From the human T2T-CHM13v2.0 reference genome, Homo sapiens, in NCBI RefSeq assembly GCF_009914755.1, contig NC_060947.1: DNA of 64,000 bases; one strand, given 5' to 3'. Positions 18,112-33,318 of the stretch are shown here, piece by piece. How positions within the stretch are numbered: position 1 is the first letter of the stretch; each line of letters starts with the position of its first letter. The position numbers were made by a program, and so were the translations under genes. The notes under the pieces are model-generated. The model was not told where the DNA came from. It did no database searches and saw only the letters and a program-made list of their open reading frames with translations.

Positions 18112-18559
18112 TGTTATGGATTGGATTTTGTCCCGCAACAAAATATGTTGAATTGCTAAGCTGCAGTACCTCAGAATGTGACCTTATTTGGAAACAGGGT
18201 GGTTGCAGATGTCACTAGTTAAGATGAAGTCGACTGGAGTAGGAAGGGCTCTTAATCCAATATGACTGATGTCCCTATAAAAAAGGGAGAGACACAGTGA
18301 GAAGAGAGCCATGTGATGACAGAGGCAGAGATTGGAGTGATGCCCTACAAGCCAAGGAATGCCAAGGACTGCCAGCAACACCAGAGGCTGAAAGAGTCAA
18401 GGAAGGGGTCTCCCCTAGGTGCTTCGGAAGGAGCATGGCCCTGCCAACACCTTCATCTCAGACTTCTGGCCTCTAAAACTGTGAGACAATAAATATCTGT
18501 TGCTTTAAAGCCACCCAGTCTGTAGTGTCTTGTTACAGCTGCGCTTAGAAACCAATACA
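18112..18559 (+). mobile_element. MaLR solo LTR (MLT1C-like)
   Basis: TG...CA ends, MLT1 motifs (cagaatgtgaccttatttggaaa, aataaatatctgttg); 5-bp TSD gccat/gcaat. Confidence 0.85.
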
Positions 18560-19458
18560 GCAATCCAGTACCAACATGGAGGACAAAACCGTCACACCAA
18601 CACTTCCCAGGCCCTGTGTCCTGCCTACCTTTGACTCTTACATATCTCTACTTTATATTTGCCAAAGGAAGCCTGGCTGATGGTGGGGCAATGGGGAGTG
18701 GGGCTGGTTGGACAAATACAGCCCTTTAGTCATGACTCCATCAGCCTCATTCAAACTCTCTCAGAGAGACAGTTACCTCTCAGTGTATGTGTCTTTCTCC
18801 ATCCTCTGTTTCTTGAACTCCTCAAAAATGGCCCTCTGGATTTAGCCTCTTGGGGTTCTAAGAAGGCCTTTGGAAAAGGAGGAGTTATTATAAGAAGCAA
18901 TAAACAATATTGGGGCAGAAATGTTCTTCTGTCTAGGCCCCCAGGCTGCTTTTAGGACACTTCCCTCTCGTCTTCCATGGCTCCTCTGACATCTCCCTCA
19001 TGGACATCTCTGCTTCCTTCCGTGTGTTCCATGATTCCCCATGTTCTGACTGGCTAATGCACACTGTATTCTTCTATCCAGATTCCACTGGGAGCTAGTC
19101 TCACCAGCCTAGTGAGTTTCCACCACCGCATTGGGCAAAGCCTTTACACCAGGCCACCTCAGGGGTCTCCCCAAGCTATGGAAACTCCACTCTTTGTTCT
19201 TGGGCCACCCTACCCCCACCCAGGTGGCTACCTCATGCTAAGAACAGGCTGTCACAGATTCTCCTTCAAGGCACTGTGGATGGGGTGTGGCCCAATAGGA
19301 GGGAACTTTGCACTTTCCAGGTTAGTATGTCTGACAAGTCCAGCACAGACCCAATGTATGTTCTAGTAGTCTTTCCTCTATCTTAATTGCTTATTCTTGA
19401 TAGATGTCATTTTATCTTTTGAGGTGGCATGGTTGCTCAACATGAGCATAGACACAAA

Positions 19459-19755
19459 GGCCGGGTGTGGTGGCTCACATCTGTAATCCCAGGGAGGATT
19501 TTGGGAGGCCGAGTTGGGTGGATCACCTGAGGTCAGGAGTTCCAGACCAGCCTGGCTAACGTTGCAAAACCTCATCTCTGCTAAAAATACAAAAATTAGC
19601 TGGGCATGGTGGCACGTGCCTGTAGTCCCAGCTACTTGGAAGGCTGAGGCAGGAGAATTACTCGAAACCGGGAGGCGCAGTAAGCTGACATCATGCCACT
19701 GCAGTCCAGCCTGGGGGATAGAGTGAGACCCTGTTTCAAACAAACAAACAAAAAA
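19459..19755 (+). mobile_element. Alu (AluS)
   Basis: Full Alu with (CAAA)n tail; degenerate TSD agacac(a/g)aa. Confidence 0.92.
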
Positions 19756-19824
19756 GACACGAAAGCAGAGCCTGGAGCATCCATGGTCTAGTTCAGAGGC
19801 TATGCCATGGGAATAATAATGGCT

Positions 19825-20005
19825 CATACTAATAGCTAACTCTTACAGAGGACTTTTTAAGAGGCAGACAGACAGTCTTCTAGATGCTTCACATAAGTTA
19901 ACTCATTTAACACTCACAACAACCCTCTGGGGTGGACACCATTAATATGTCCCATTTTATGCCTAAGGAAACTGAGGCACAGAGATTCCAAGGAACTTGC
20001 CACAT
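19825..20005 (-). mobile_element. MIR
   Basis: aactcatttaacactcacaacaaccct...cccattttat..aaggaaactgaggcacagag. Confidence 0.75.
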
Positions 20006-20268
20006 GTGTGTATTAACAAATAAATAAGAAGGTATAGGTTTAAAAAAAAGAAATTCCTTGAAAAACAAAGACATTTGAACTGAATTTGGTGAGACAGAGA
20101 GACACTGAGGTTTTTGAGACCAGAATGATTCAGCAGGAGCGAGATGGATTAGTGGCCCCTGAAACTAGGGGTAGTGGCTGATCCAAAAAGCTCCTGCAGA
20201 GATCCACATCCAGGGGAGAGGCTCTGAACTGGAGTGGTGGCAAAGGCAGTTGAAACAAGAAGCAGGTA

Positions 20269-21015
<747 letters not shown>

Positions 21016-21240
21016 AGAGGAATGGATAACGGATGCATTTATAGTGGATAAGGCTGATGCAATTGTGGGAGTTGGTGAAGCAATTTACAAAGATGAGGAA
21101 TCTGAAAGGAAAGCTTGACACCGTTCATGACACTGATGCCCATCGCAACAGAGCCAGCTGTCTGCACACCTGGCCCAGGCCTTGGGGAAGCTGAGGGGGA
21201 CATCAGAAGGAGCTGGCGGAGCTGTGGTGCAGGTGCTGGC

Positions 21241-21271
21241 CTCATGTCAGCAGATCTCATGTCAGCAGATC
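21241..21271. repeat. 15-bp perfect tandem duplication (ctcatgtcagcagat x2)
   Basis: Direct reading. Confidence 0.9.
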
Positions 21272-22096
21272 AGTGACAATGTGCAGAAGCCCTGCTCAAA
21301 CCTTCAGAGTGTACAATATATGACTTCTGCTTCAATTCCAATTTCCAAGTTGCACACAAAATGTCCTGGGTGGCCAATATTGCCTGGAATCAAATGGCAA
21401 AGGGGATGCTGTGAAACCTAGGCTTAGCTGAGTTAAGTTAATACAGCACAAAGCCAGCAAGATAGTGGATGAGAAAAAGCAGACAAGTAAAGAGGACCCC
21501 AAGTTTTTGTGCATGCTTGACTAGAAAAATGGTGATGATTCTAGGAGATGTTGGAAGACGATGGTGAGCTTAGTTCTGCTGTAGTCTTTGGCATGTATGT
21601 AGAAACATCTAGCAGGCAACTGAAGACTTAAAGAGAGGACAAGACTGGAAATAAAGACATAGGAGTTTTTAACCAAGTGAGGTTTTGTACACTTCTCCAT
21701 TCTCTATGCTGCTGAAGGAAATGATGCAGAAAGTGCATGGAGCCATCAAAAATTGGATTTTGTTCCTTTTAAGAGAAAATTTTATTCTTCATTTGATTCT
21801 TTCATTTAATGAAAGAATCACTTATTGAGCAACCACTTATTGAGCACATGTATAAGTTCGTCATAGTGGTTCTAAGATAGAAAATCTAGGGTCCTGCAAA
21901 CAAAAATCACCTAAAAATGCCTCAGACCAGGCTGTTATAGGGTTTGTCCATGTTGTGGAAGCTGCTTTGAAGATTACGCTTGGAAAAGAAAGGAGAAGGC
22001 ACTTAAGAGAATCAGTATGTGTGAGATATAGAAGTTTTTGCACTTACCCTTCACTTTATAAAGAGAGGTTAGTTTTCAGAATGGATGTACTGCTTT

Positions 22097-22232
22097 ATTA
22101 TTTACTTATTTATTTTTTTATTTTTGTAGAGATGGGAATTTGCCATGTTGCCCAGCCTGGTCTCGAACCCCTGGGCACAAGAGATCTGCCCCCCTCGGCC
22201 TCCCAAAGTGCTGGGACTACAGGTGTGACTGC
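22097..22232 (-). mobile_element. Alu left monomer (FLAM/AluJ fragment)
   Basis: Single arm with (TTTA)n tail. Confidence 0.8.
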
Positions 22233-22744
22233 CAGATGATGTAATGCTTTAAATCAGTGAATTAAGACAAGGGCTCCACAAGAAGATCATAAAAGAAAAA
22301 AGACCACTAGGACATGTCTTCCCTGACTTCCTCTTCTTAAAGAGCTACAGAAACTTCAACATTCAGGCTACCAGGTCAGCCTCGCCCACCTCACCTAAGC
22401 GGACCTAAGTCTGGCATCAGGTGGGTCTAGCATGGCTCTTGCTGCCTCTACACTTGGACCTCTTCACACGGAGGTCCTCAGTCCCTCCAGCATCTCCTCA
22501 AGTTATGTTCTAGTCATAGCACCCCATTAGGAGCTCTGCCTGAGGGCCATTCCATTTGAATGGGGCCTTGACAATCCTTTCTGACTTTCTCCCTGGGTGC
22601 TGAAATTGGAGAGAGAGCTTTCTCCACCCCTGACCACAAGTTTGAACCCCTGCCCAAGCAGTGGTGCCAAATGCCCTTGCACTCATTGGATCTTGTAATT
22701 TGCACAATCAGCCACCTGTTTATTCAGGCCTACAGAGAAGAAAT

Positions 22745-22935
22745 CTCCTGAAATCAGTACCTTTATATCTGCGGTCATTAGATCACCTACATCAGAATCA
22801 AATGTAGGGTTGCTTTTAAAAAAAATGCATGTTCATTTTTGCTGACTCAGACTGTCTAACAGCGTGGCTTGAGAGTCTGCCTTTTTAGCAAGTATTCTAG
22901 GTGATTCTTTGTACATTACAGTTTGAGACCATTGA
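22745..22935. mobile_element. MER5-type hAT remnant
   Basis: catcagaatca...tttagcaagtattctaggtgattct...agtttgagaccattg. Confidence 0.6.
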
Positions 22936-23377
22936 TAAGATCAAGCATAGACTAACTCCAGGGGTGCTCCCACCTCCCCAAAAGCTATTGGGCTCCAGAC
23001 TGTTTCCTTACCAAGCCTATTATTAGTTTGACATGATTTAGTTGATCTCTCTATTCACACTGTTCTCAAAGTGTTGTTTTAAAATTATGCGTAGGGTATC
23101 TTGGTAAGTAAATTTTGATGTACCATTAGGCCGTTATTGGAGTCTCCATCTGGTGGCCACAGTAGAGAATGGCATGTTTCACTGAAGAAATTATGGGCAA
23201 GTGTAAAACTGGGGAAATTAAAAAAAAGTTTCCTTGGTGTCTTAAGGGATTGGCAATCACAGTCTTTCTTTTTTATTTTATACGCTCTAAGTTTTTCTTC
23301 ATATAGGCAGAACACTTTGACACACAGCTGTGGACTGTACTTTCACTTTCAAACAGAGACGATTTCAATTAGATGAC

Positions 23378-23708
23378 CTAGCCCAGCAAGCGCTTTCTGC
23401 AAAGGGCCAGATAGTAAATATTTTAGGCTTTGTGGGCCATATGGTCTCTGTTGCAGTTGCTTGACTCTGCTTTTGTAGGATAAGGGTAGCCACAGACAAT
23501 ATGTACACAAATGGGCATGGTGTGTCCCTATAAATATTTATTAACACTGAAATTTAAATTTTGCATCTTTTTCACATGTCACAAAACATTATTTGTATTT
23601 TTCACTCATTTAAAAATTCAAAAACCATTCTCATCTTTGCAGGCCTTGCAAAAACAGGCAGCAGGTGGGAGATGTTTCGCAGTCCATAGTGTGCAGACAC
23701 CTGGCCTA
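23378..23708 (+). mobile_element. MER58B-like hAT element
   Basis: aaagggccagatagtaaatattttaggctttgtgggccatatggtctctgttgca. Confidence 0.8.
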
Positions 23709-25372
23709 GCCTATATAAACCGCTTTCCTTCAGGAATATTGTGAAGGATACATAGTGGGTATTTGTGCTGAGTATCTCCTGTTTGCATTTCCATATACTC
23801 GAGAAGTGTGGGGCTGTGGGACTAGTGTACCTTCTGGTCTAGAAACTTTGAAGCCTGTAGAGCCTTGGCAAATGACCACAAAAGCTAATAGGCTGAGTAA
23901 AGGAGCCCTATAGAATACAGTTTGTTCTAAATATAGGGTTGCAGACAAAATTTACAAAGCATTTGAGGAAATCAAATACCATGAGCAATAACAAGGAACT
24001 ATAGATAATAGAGTCTGATTTGACCATTAAAAGGAAGGAGTCAATAAATGAATTAAACAGTAGGGTAAACACAGCTCAGCAGAGAACTATGAATTTAGAG
24101 AAGGCTCTAAAGAACAGGCCAAACTATAGTGCAGAAGGCAAAAGACGTGGAAGTTGCTAAAGAGAAGTTAAAAAACAAGACAGATAAACGGTAAACTCCA
24201 ACATACAATTAGTAGGAATTACAGCTAAAGGGATGGAGAGAGGTAATAATCCAAAGGCTAAAGCCCAAAATATGTCCAGGACATTTTCTTCTAGGCATGT
24301 GTAAACTCGATTTTAGTATTGTAGAGTGCATGAAAACGTGGACTTTGGAATCAAAGAGATTTTGGTTTGATCATGATTACGTCACTTAAAACCTGGGACC
24401 CCGAGTAAATAACTGAAGAGTTGGTTTTTTCATCTGTCAACCAACCTTACACAAGGAGATTGTGACAACAAATGCAGGAAAGACTTAGCACAGGGACTGA
24501 CTCTTGTTAGCCACTATAATTACTGTAACTGAGAGGCACATAAGAGACCTCAGAGTGCAGCGCTGATCTTGGCACTAAAGATGATACCTCAGAACCTCTC
24601 CAATTCTTAAAGTGTTCCTCTCTCACACAATGGTCTTGAATAAATCATTTTTATTTGTCTTAACTCCTCTCTCTTTCTATCTTTTGGGTTTGATTTGTTT
24701 TCTTTGTATGTTCCCTGCCATCTCGCACTAAGTTCCCATCATGACCAGTTTCCCTAGTGAGAACTGTCACTGTATCAAGTGATATTTGAGGTATCCTATT
24801 GTAGTCATCAGGCTATATTTGGATCCTCCATTGCTACTTCGGTATCTGGCCTTTCATATATACATAGAGGTTTTTTTTATCATCTTGTCTTGAAGTTAGA
24901 GCCCCCTGAGATCTTTAAGAAATGAAAAGTCCATGTCATTTAGCCATTCCTGGGAGAGCAATTAAAAATAAAAATAAAGAGCAATAAAAACAAATTAAAT
25001 TTCTTTGAACACCAAGTGGTTTCTCACTCTTAAGTGACTTTCTTATGTTTTGTTTTTATGGAGCCTGGGATAATGACAATCTATCTTGTCCTTGCGGATT
25101 TCAGCAGGAAAAGCACTTGACTCACAGGGAGAAATTGGCTGCTCTTACTGTGCGGTTGTTCCTGGATTAGCATCTCTACTTTGATCCTGTCTTCCCTGAC
25201 TGCCTACATCCCACCCACAGTCTCTATGCCATAATATCTTAATATTAGCTGATAATGGGGACATGAGTTTGGGTAAAATTGAAACCAGTAAAATCCTTTG
25301 TTTATCATTGAGGATCGAACTAGTAATTAATGGCTTTGGTAGCCCTGAGCTGCAATTCTCCTTGGCCTGGTC

Positions 25373-26995
25373 TTTTTTTTATAAAAAAAAAAAAAAAATA
25401 CAACTTCTTATTTTAGAGACAGAGAGTACATGTGCAGGTTTATTACATTGGTATATTGGATGATGCTGAGGTTTAGGGTATGAATGATCCTGTCAACCAG
25501 GTACTGAGCATAGCACCCAATAGGTAGTTTTTCAACACATGACACCCTCCCTCCATTCCCCCTCTAGTAGTTCTCAGTGTTTGTTGCCATCTTTATGTCC
25601 ATGAGTACCCAATGTTCAGCTTCCACTTGTAAGTGAGAACATGCAGTATTTGGTTTTCTGTTCCTGTGTTAATTCACTTAGGATGATGGCCTCCAGCTGT
25701 ATCCATGTTGCTGCAAAGGACATGATTTCATTCCTTTTTATGGCTATGTAGTATTCCATGGTGCATATGTACCACATTTTCTTTATCCAGTCCATTGTTG
25801 ATGGGCATCTAGGTTGATTCCATGTGTTTGCTATTGTGAATAGTGCTGTGGTGAATATGTGAGGGCATGTGTCTTCGAGTAGAACCATTTGTTTTCTTTT
25901 GGGTAGATACCTAGTAATGGGATTGCTGGGTCAAATGGTAGTTCTGCTTTAAGTTCTTTGAGAAATCTCCTGACTGCTTTCCACAGTGGCTGAACTAATT
26001 TACATTCCCACCAACAGTGTATAAATGCTCTCTTTTCTCTACAATCTCACCAGCATCTGTTGTTTTTTGACTTTTTAATAATAGCCATTCTGACTGGTGT
26101 GAGGTGGTATCCCACTGTGGTTTTCATTTGCATTTTCCTGATGATTAGTGACGTTGAGCATTTTTTGTATGTTTATTGGCCGCTTGCATGTCTTCTTTTG
26201 AGAAGTGTCTGTTCATGTCTGTTGCCCACCTTTTAGAGGGGTTATTTGTTTTCTGCCTATTGAATTATTTAAGTTCCTTATAGATTCTGAATATTAGATC
26301 TTTGTCGGATGCATAGTTAACCAAATATTTTCTCCCATTCTGTAGGTTGTCTGGTTACCCTGTTGACAGTTTCTTTTCCTGTGCAGAAGCTCTTTATTTT
26401 AATTAGATCCCACTTGTTAATTTTTGTTTTTGTTGAAATTGCTTCTGAGGATTCAGTTACAAATTATTTCCCAAGGTGGATGTCCAGAATGGTATTTCCC
26501 AGGTTTTCTTCTAGGATTCTTATAGTTTGAGGTCTTACATTTAAATCTGTAACCCATCTTGACTTAATTTTTGTATATGGAGAAAGGTATGGGTCCAGTT
26601 TTATTCTTTCACATATTGTTAGTTAGCTATCCCAGCATCATTTATGGAATATGGAGTCCTTTCCCCATTGCCTATTTTTGTCAAGTTTGCTGAAGATCAG
26701 ATGGTTGTAGGTATGTGACTTTATTTCTGGGTTCTCTATTCTGTTCCATTGGTCTATGTGTCTGTTTTTGTACCAGTACCAGGCTGTTTTGGTTACTGTA
26801 GCCTTGTAGTATGGCTTGAAGTCGGGTAATGTGATGCCTCCAGCTTTGTTCTTTTTGCTTAGGATTGTTTTGGCTATTCAGGCTCTTTTTTTGGTTCCAT
26901 ATGAATTTTAGAATACTTTTTTCTAATTCTGTGAAAAATGACATTGGTAGTTTGATAGGGATAGCACTGAATATGTAGATTGCTTTGGGCAGTAT
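25373..26995 (-). mobile_element. 5'-truncated old primate L1 (L1PA15/16-like), ORF2 3' part and 3'UTR
   Basis: Decayed ORF2 peptides (TWNQPRCPSTMDWIKKMWY.., [17 protein letters not shown]); degenerate TSD tggcctggt / tggtctggt. Confidence 0.9.
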
Positions 26996-27310
26996 TGGTC
27001 TGGTTTCTTTTATACTTCACCCTATACAGGAGCGTGAGACCTGGAAAACATACTGTCTTTGCTCTGTGCTTTGCAAATCAACCAGTATAGGCCCAGAGAG
27101 ACAAACTCTCCAGCACCTTCCGTCTCCTCTCCTTTGCACTTCTGCTGCTTTTCCTCTCCTACCCTCGTCTCCAAAGACAGTGTATTTAGCTGTTGCATGA
27201 GTCAAGTGTATAATTTGGGATGTTGGAATATTGATTTAGTCTCATGACTCCCCTTTGACAGCTGTGGACTTTGGGGCCCACTGAAATGAAGTAGATTATA
27301 ATAGCAAGTG

Positions 27311-27755
27311 TACTTGCTTCCTTTGGCAGCTGTAACAAATTACCACAAACTCAGTGGCTTAACACAACACAAATTTATTATTTTAGTTTCAGAGGTTGGA
27401 AGTCCAAAATAGGTCAGCAGGACTTTGTTCCTTCTGGAGGCTCTAGAGGATGACTTGTTTTCTTGCCCCTTCCAGATTCTAGAGGCTGCCTGAGTTCCTT
27501 GTTTCATGGCCCCGCCTTCCTCTAATCTGCTTTCATCCTTACATCTCCTTTGCCTCAGACTGTCCTGCTTCCATTTTATTAAAACCTTTATGATTACACT
27601 GGGCCTTGGTACCAAGATAATCCAGGATAACCCCCTCATTTCATGATCCTTAAATTAATCATGCTTTCAAACTCCCTTTTATATGTAGGGTAACATATTA
27701 AGAGTTTCTGGTGACTAGGATGTGGACATTTTGGGGGGCGATTATTCTGTCTAGC
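27311..27755 (-). mobile_element. MaLR LTR (MLT1C/D-like)
   Basis: gctgtaacaaattaccacaaactcagtggcttaacacaacacaaatttatt. Confidence 0.8.
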
Positions 27756-29074
27756 ATGGAAGTATTGGCTGTACTTGTCGCTGATGACATGTCTTCTATC
27801 GATGTCCTGGGATATAAGTAAAACATTTTATTGCCATTTAACTTTTTCAAGTTTATGTCCTCTCCCCACCATTATGAATGTAGTTTCTTTGAGGGAAAAG
27901 ACTATTCCTTAGAAGCCTTGTGTCCCCTCCAAGGTCAGAACTTCACACATGGTAGGTGCTTGGTAATTTGGACTCAATTTGATTTTCTCTAAGATCACAT
28001 GACATACAGGATGATACAGGTGTAGATACCTGTTATTTTTTCTTCATAGAACATGCACAGAAACTTCAAAAGAATTTATAAGGGATAGTGCCAACAGCAT
28101 ATTTTTAAAATGCCTATTGTGGGTAAAGAACAATGTATAAGATAAATATTTAATATTTCTTTTTAAGCTGCTTGAAATCAGTAATTCTTCTTTATTTTCG
28201 TGTGTTTTCTCTATGTATTCTACATGTATTTTGGCTGGTCGATGCTAAGTCATGAGTCAGTCCCTTATATGTAGAAAGTTAACTTCTGTCTCCATATCCT
28301 AAAATTTAAATTATGTTTTATGGTGATGATGAGGTATGGCTAAAATGTAATATGATAATCAACATATGCAAACTGAGTGGATTCAATTTGTGAAGTTTCC
28401 ATGTCATCAATACTACTCATTACCCCCTTAATCATTCTGAAGTAAATGGGGAAAAATTGAGTCTTAACAGTGATTGAAAATGGCCCCAAAGTTTGTGCAT
28501 ATGCAAAATGAATTTCTGAACAGACCACTAATGTTTGGAGCACCAGTGAGGGACCATCTTTATGCTTAAAGCACCACAATTACTCACTTCTATCATATTG
28601 AATGAACTACATGAAATATTTGAAAAACAAATGAGCACCTAAATAGATTCTTAGCTGCTCAGTGGATGGTATAAACTTGTGCTAAGCATATATTTCCTTT
28701 GAGAACTATTTTTGGTATATTAAAGATATTTAAGATGCTCCTGTTTATGTACAGAGATGCTTTCACTGACCCCTTTCACCAAGGGCTCATTGGAGGATAA
28801 CTGGTGGTACTGATTCATCATTGTCTTCTTGCTCCTTCCTCCTTGTGACTAAATATATGATTTTTTTCAATGATGAGCTAGGATCCATAGGTAAAGAGTA
28901 AAGAGAAGTATACCTGGCCCTGACATGTCAAATATGGACCTTTAAATTCACTAACACCATAACAAACTGTAAAACAAAATATGTACAAGGGAATGAAAAC
29001 AATGCTCAAATTCAGCTGTTAAGGTTATGTCAGTGTGTATGCATATGTGTATATTTATGTGTACATACACGTAT

Positions 29075-30555
<1,481 letters not shown>

Positions 30556-31854
30556 AAATCAATTAATCCACGGAGTTCTATCAATTAATGATGGTAAGGA
30601 ATCCAACCAAAAATGATGACAATGGTGTTGAAACTCAAGGCAATACCATCTGTGTATCTTTGTGGATAAATAGGCTTGACGGTAGAGTTCTATTCCCATT
30701 GCTTCTGTGGTCCTCAGCTCTGGCTGTTTTGCAGGGTGCTGATGTCCAATCATGTAATCATTTATAATTCAACCTTGTCCTGAGGAACCCTTTCATTTTA
30801 GGATACCAGGTTAGGTTCCTGGGATGTATGTTACCATCTCCTAAATGGACTCAGCCAAAGGTCAATCAATGCCATTGATAGCCAAGAACATGTCACAGCT
30901 GTGTTTTCTTTTCCATTGAATTAAATTAGAGGAAATTTTGAATGATTCAGGGCCCTGCCTTCCTACAAATAGTTTTGACTTTTGAAGAAAATGTAAATTA
31001 AGGAAGCGTTTTCAGAGAGATTTCTTTGTTCCCACTTCTGAACCCCCTAGCTGCGTTCTATTCTGGTTCATCGTCCACATGATCTATTTAAAAGAGTTAA
31101 CTGAATAAGTTACTTGAGGAAACTTGCAGAGAATACTCATACCATAATAGAAGACAAAATTTCTGAAGGTAGTGACTATAACTGTGACATCACAAGAGGT
31201 AGAGTTACTAGCAGGGTGTGGGTTCCTCTGCAGGTCCACTGAAACCGTTTCGTCCCCTCCATCAGGGCTGCATCTTCGCCTAGTAAGAGAAAGCGGTTAT
31301 GGAAATCTGGACTGTTTTGATTTTTAATGTACCAATTAGAGGAATTACCTTCTTCTATAATTTATGAGTCAGAAATCGAAGCAACTTCATACATTTTTTA
31401 AAAGTTGTAAAATTCTTTTTTCTAACTACTTTCCATATTCTCTCATTAGACCTGCTTTTTTCTCTAAAACAAAATGATGTCTGGAAGACTAGCTGGCATG
31501 AGTAGATTCAAACATCTGTGTACCATCTGAAGCAAACTCCAGACCAATCATTTGAAGTGAATTGGGCAGAAGACTCACAAAGAAAGTGGGTTGTACAGAG
31601 CATGGAAGTCCCGGCAGAGGTTAGATGTTTTTGTTTTCTGTTCTCTCCTGTATCTCTTTTTCTCCACAGATTTCTCTGTTCTCTTCAGCCCCTCCTCCTT
31701 GCTCCTGTTTCTAGTTTTAGAACAGCATATTATAGTTTGGTGAAAATGAATACTTTATTCCACAAATGGCAGCTATTTTTAAAATGTTTTTTGTACAAAA
31801 TTCTTACCTTATGAATTTGCCTCTCCTGTGCACACATTAGGGTACAATAGTTTA

Positions 31855-32070
31855 AACTAGGGTTTCTTAATCTTGGCACTGATGACACTTGGGGCTGGAT
31901 GACTCTCGTGTGTGGAGGATTGTCCTGTGTACTGTAGAATGTTGAGCATTCCCTACTAGATGCCAGGAGCATCCCCAGCTCCACTGTGACAACCAAAAAT
32001 GTCTCCAGATATTGCCAAATGTCCTGGGGACAGGGGCACAAAACAACCATCAGTTGAGAACCACTGATTT
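31855..32070 (+). mobile_element. MER20
   Basis: Near full length: ggtttcttaatcttggcactgatgaca...gtgacaaccaaaaatgtctccagatattgccaaatgtc..gttgagaaccactg. Confidence 0.85.
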
Positions 32071-32389
32071 AGAAGAATGTGGATCTCTTATTTTCCCAGG
32101 GTTACAATGAGTATAATTAATGAAAAATATAAAATTTCTACTAAAAGTGTCATGCTGTAGCTGGATATTTTGATTCTTAAGTGGGACCTGTTTTCACATC
32201 ATTTCAAGTGCCTTAACAGTCTGTCTAGCCTAATTAATATGTAGCCCTTATAATGTTAAGATATTGTCCTATAAAGTGCATGTCACTGTCAAGCTTGATG
32301 CTCATGCATGGTTGAGCCACAGCTGTAATCACTGTTTCTCTCATTGCTCACCCTGTATACCAACCTATGTGACAGTCGCAATTGCAACA

Positions 32390-32720
32390 TCTAGACTTCC
32401 TCCCCTGCTCTTTGAAAGTAACCTCATCTTCTATTTTCCATTCTGTTTCAGTCTCAACTTTTTGTTTTGTTCTCTAGCCAATTTCTCCTTTTTCTCAGGC
32501 TTCCATCAAGAATCCCTGCTGTCTTGGGTTTAAGCAGCCCATTGTATGGAACAGTATCAAAGGCTTTCTGAAAATTGAGATTATCCATGTTGTATGAATT
32601 ATCATTTTCCAATGCATCTGTAAGCAGCTCCAAAGTATACAAAGAAGACAGTGAAGTTAGATAGAGAGCATCTTTCTACATAAAGCCCCTCACTCTTTGT
32701 CTTCTTGAGGCCAAAACACC
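32390..32720 (-). mobile_element. Ancient CR1/L3-clade LINE reverse-transcriptase remnant
   Basis: Translation ..LTDALENDNSYNMDNLNFQKAFDTVPYNGLLK..GILDGSLR..RNWLENK matches CR1-type (I)YLDFQKAFDTVPH..LL.K...GI.G..L.WI.NWL. Confidence 0.75.
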
Positions 32721-32904
32721 CATCGGAAAGGGAGAAAGGTGCTTGTTGAATATGTTTTGCATGCATTCCAAATATTTGTATGTTTGGCTTCATGTTGACA
32801 GCCACCTGGAAGGCTGATAAAATTTTTCTTCTGGATTATTTGGGAGTGTGTAGCCAGAGCTTCTGTGTCTTCACTGACTGTGGCTTATTCAGAGTTAATT
32901 AATA

Positions 32905-33085
32905 TTTATTGAGTCCTTTAAAATATCTATTTGATCTTCATCAGCATCACATAAGGTATATGTTTTGTTCCCATTTTACAGATAAAAGAAATGGGTCTTG
33001 AAGACTTTGGTCACAAGATAAGTGGCAGACTCCAATTTGAACTTGGGAGTTCTGACTTCGACTCCAGTTTCCCTCCTCTACAGCA
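32905..33085 (-). mobile_element. MIR
   Basis: cccattttacagataaaagaaa...aagtggcagactccaatttgaac. Confidence 0.6.
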
Positions 33086-33149
33086 TAGGGAAAGTACCCA
33101 GGGTCCTGTGCCCAAGACATGAGTTTTAATCCACATTAAGCAACTCCAT

Positions 33150-33318
33150 CCTCACTACTCGAGATATAATCTTTGGACCAGCAACTTGAACAGCATCTAT
33201 GTGCTTGTTAGAATTGCAGAGTCCTGACCCCCACCTAAGATCTACTAAATCAGAATCGGCACTTCAACAAGAACCCCAGATGATTCCTATGTGCACTAAA
33301 TTTTGAGAAGTACTGCTG
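33150..33318. mobile_element. MER5A
   Basis: gcttgttagaattgcaga...ccccacctaagatctactaaatcagaatc..ttttgagaagtactg. Confidence 0.7.
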
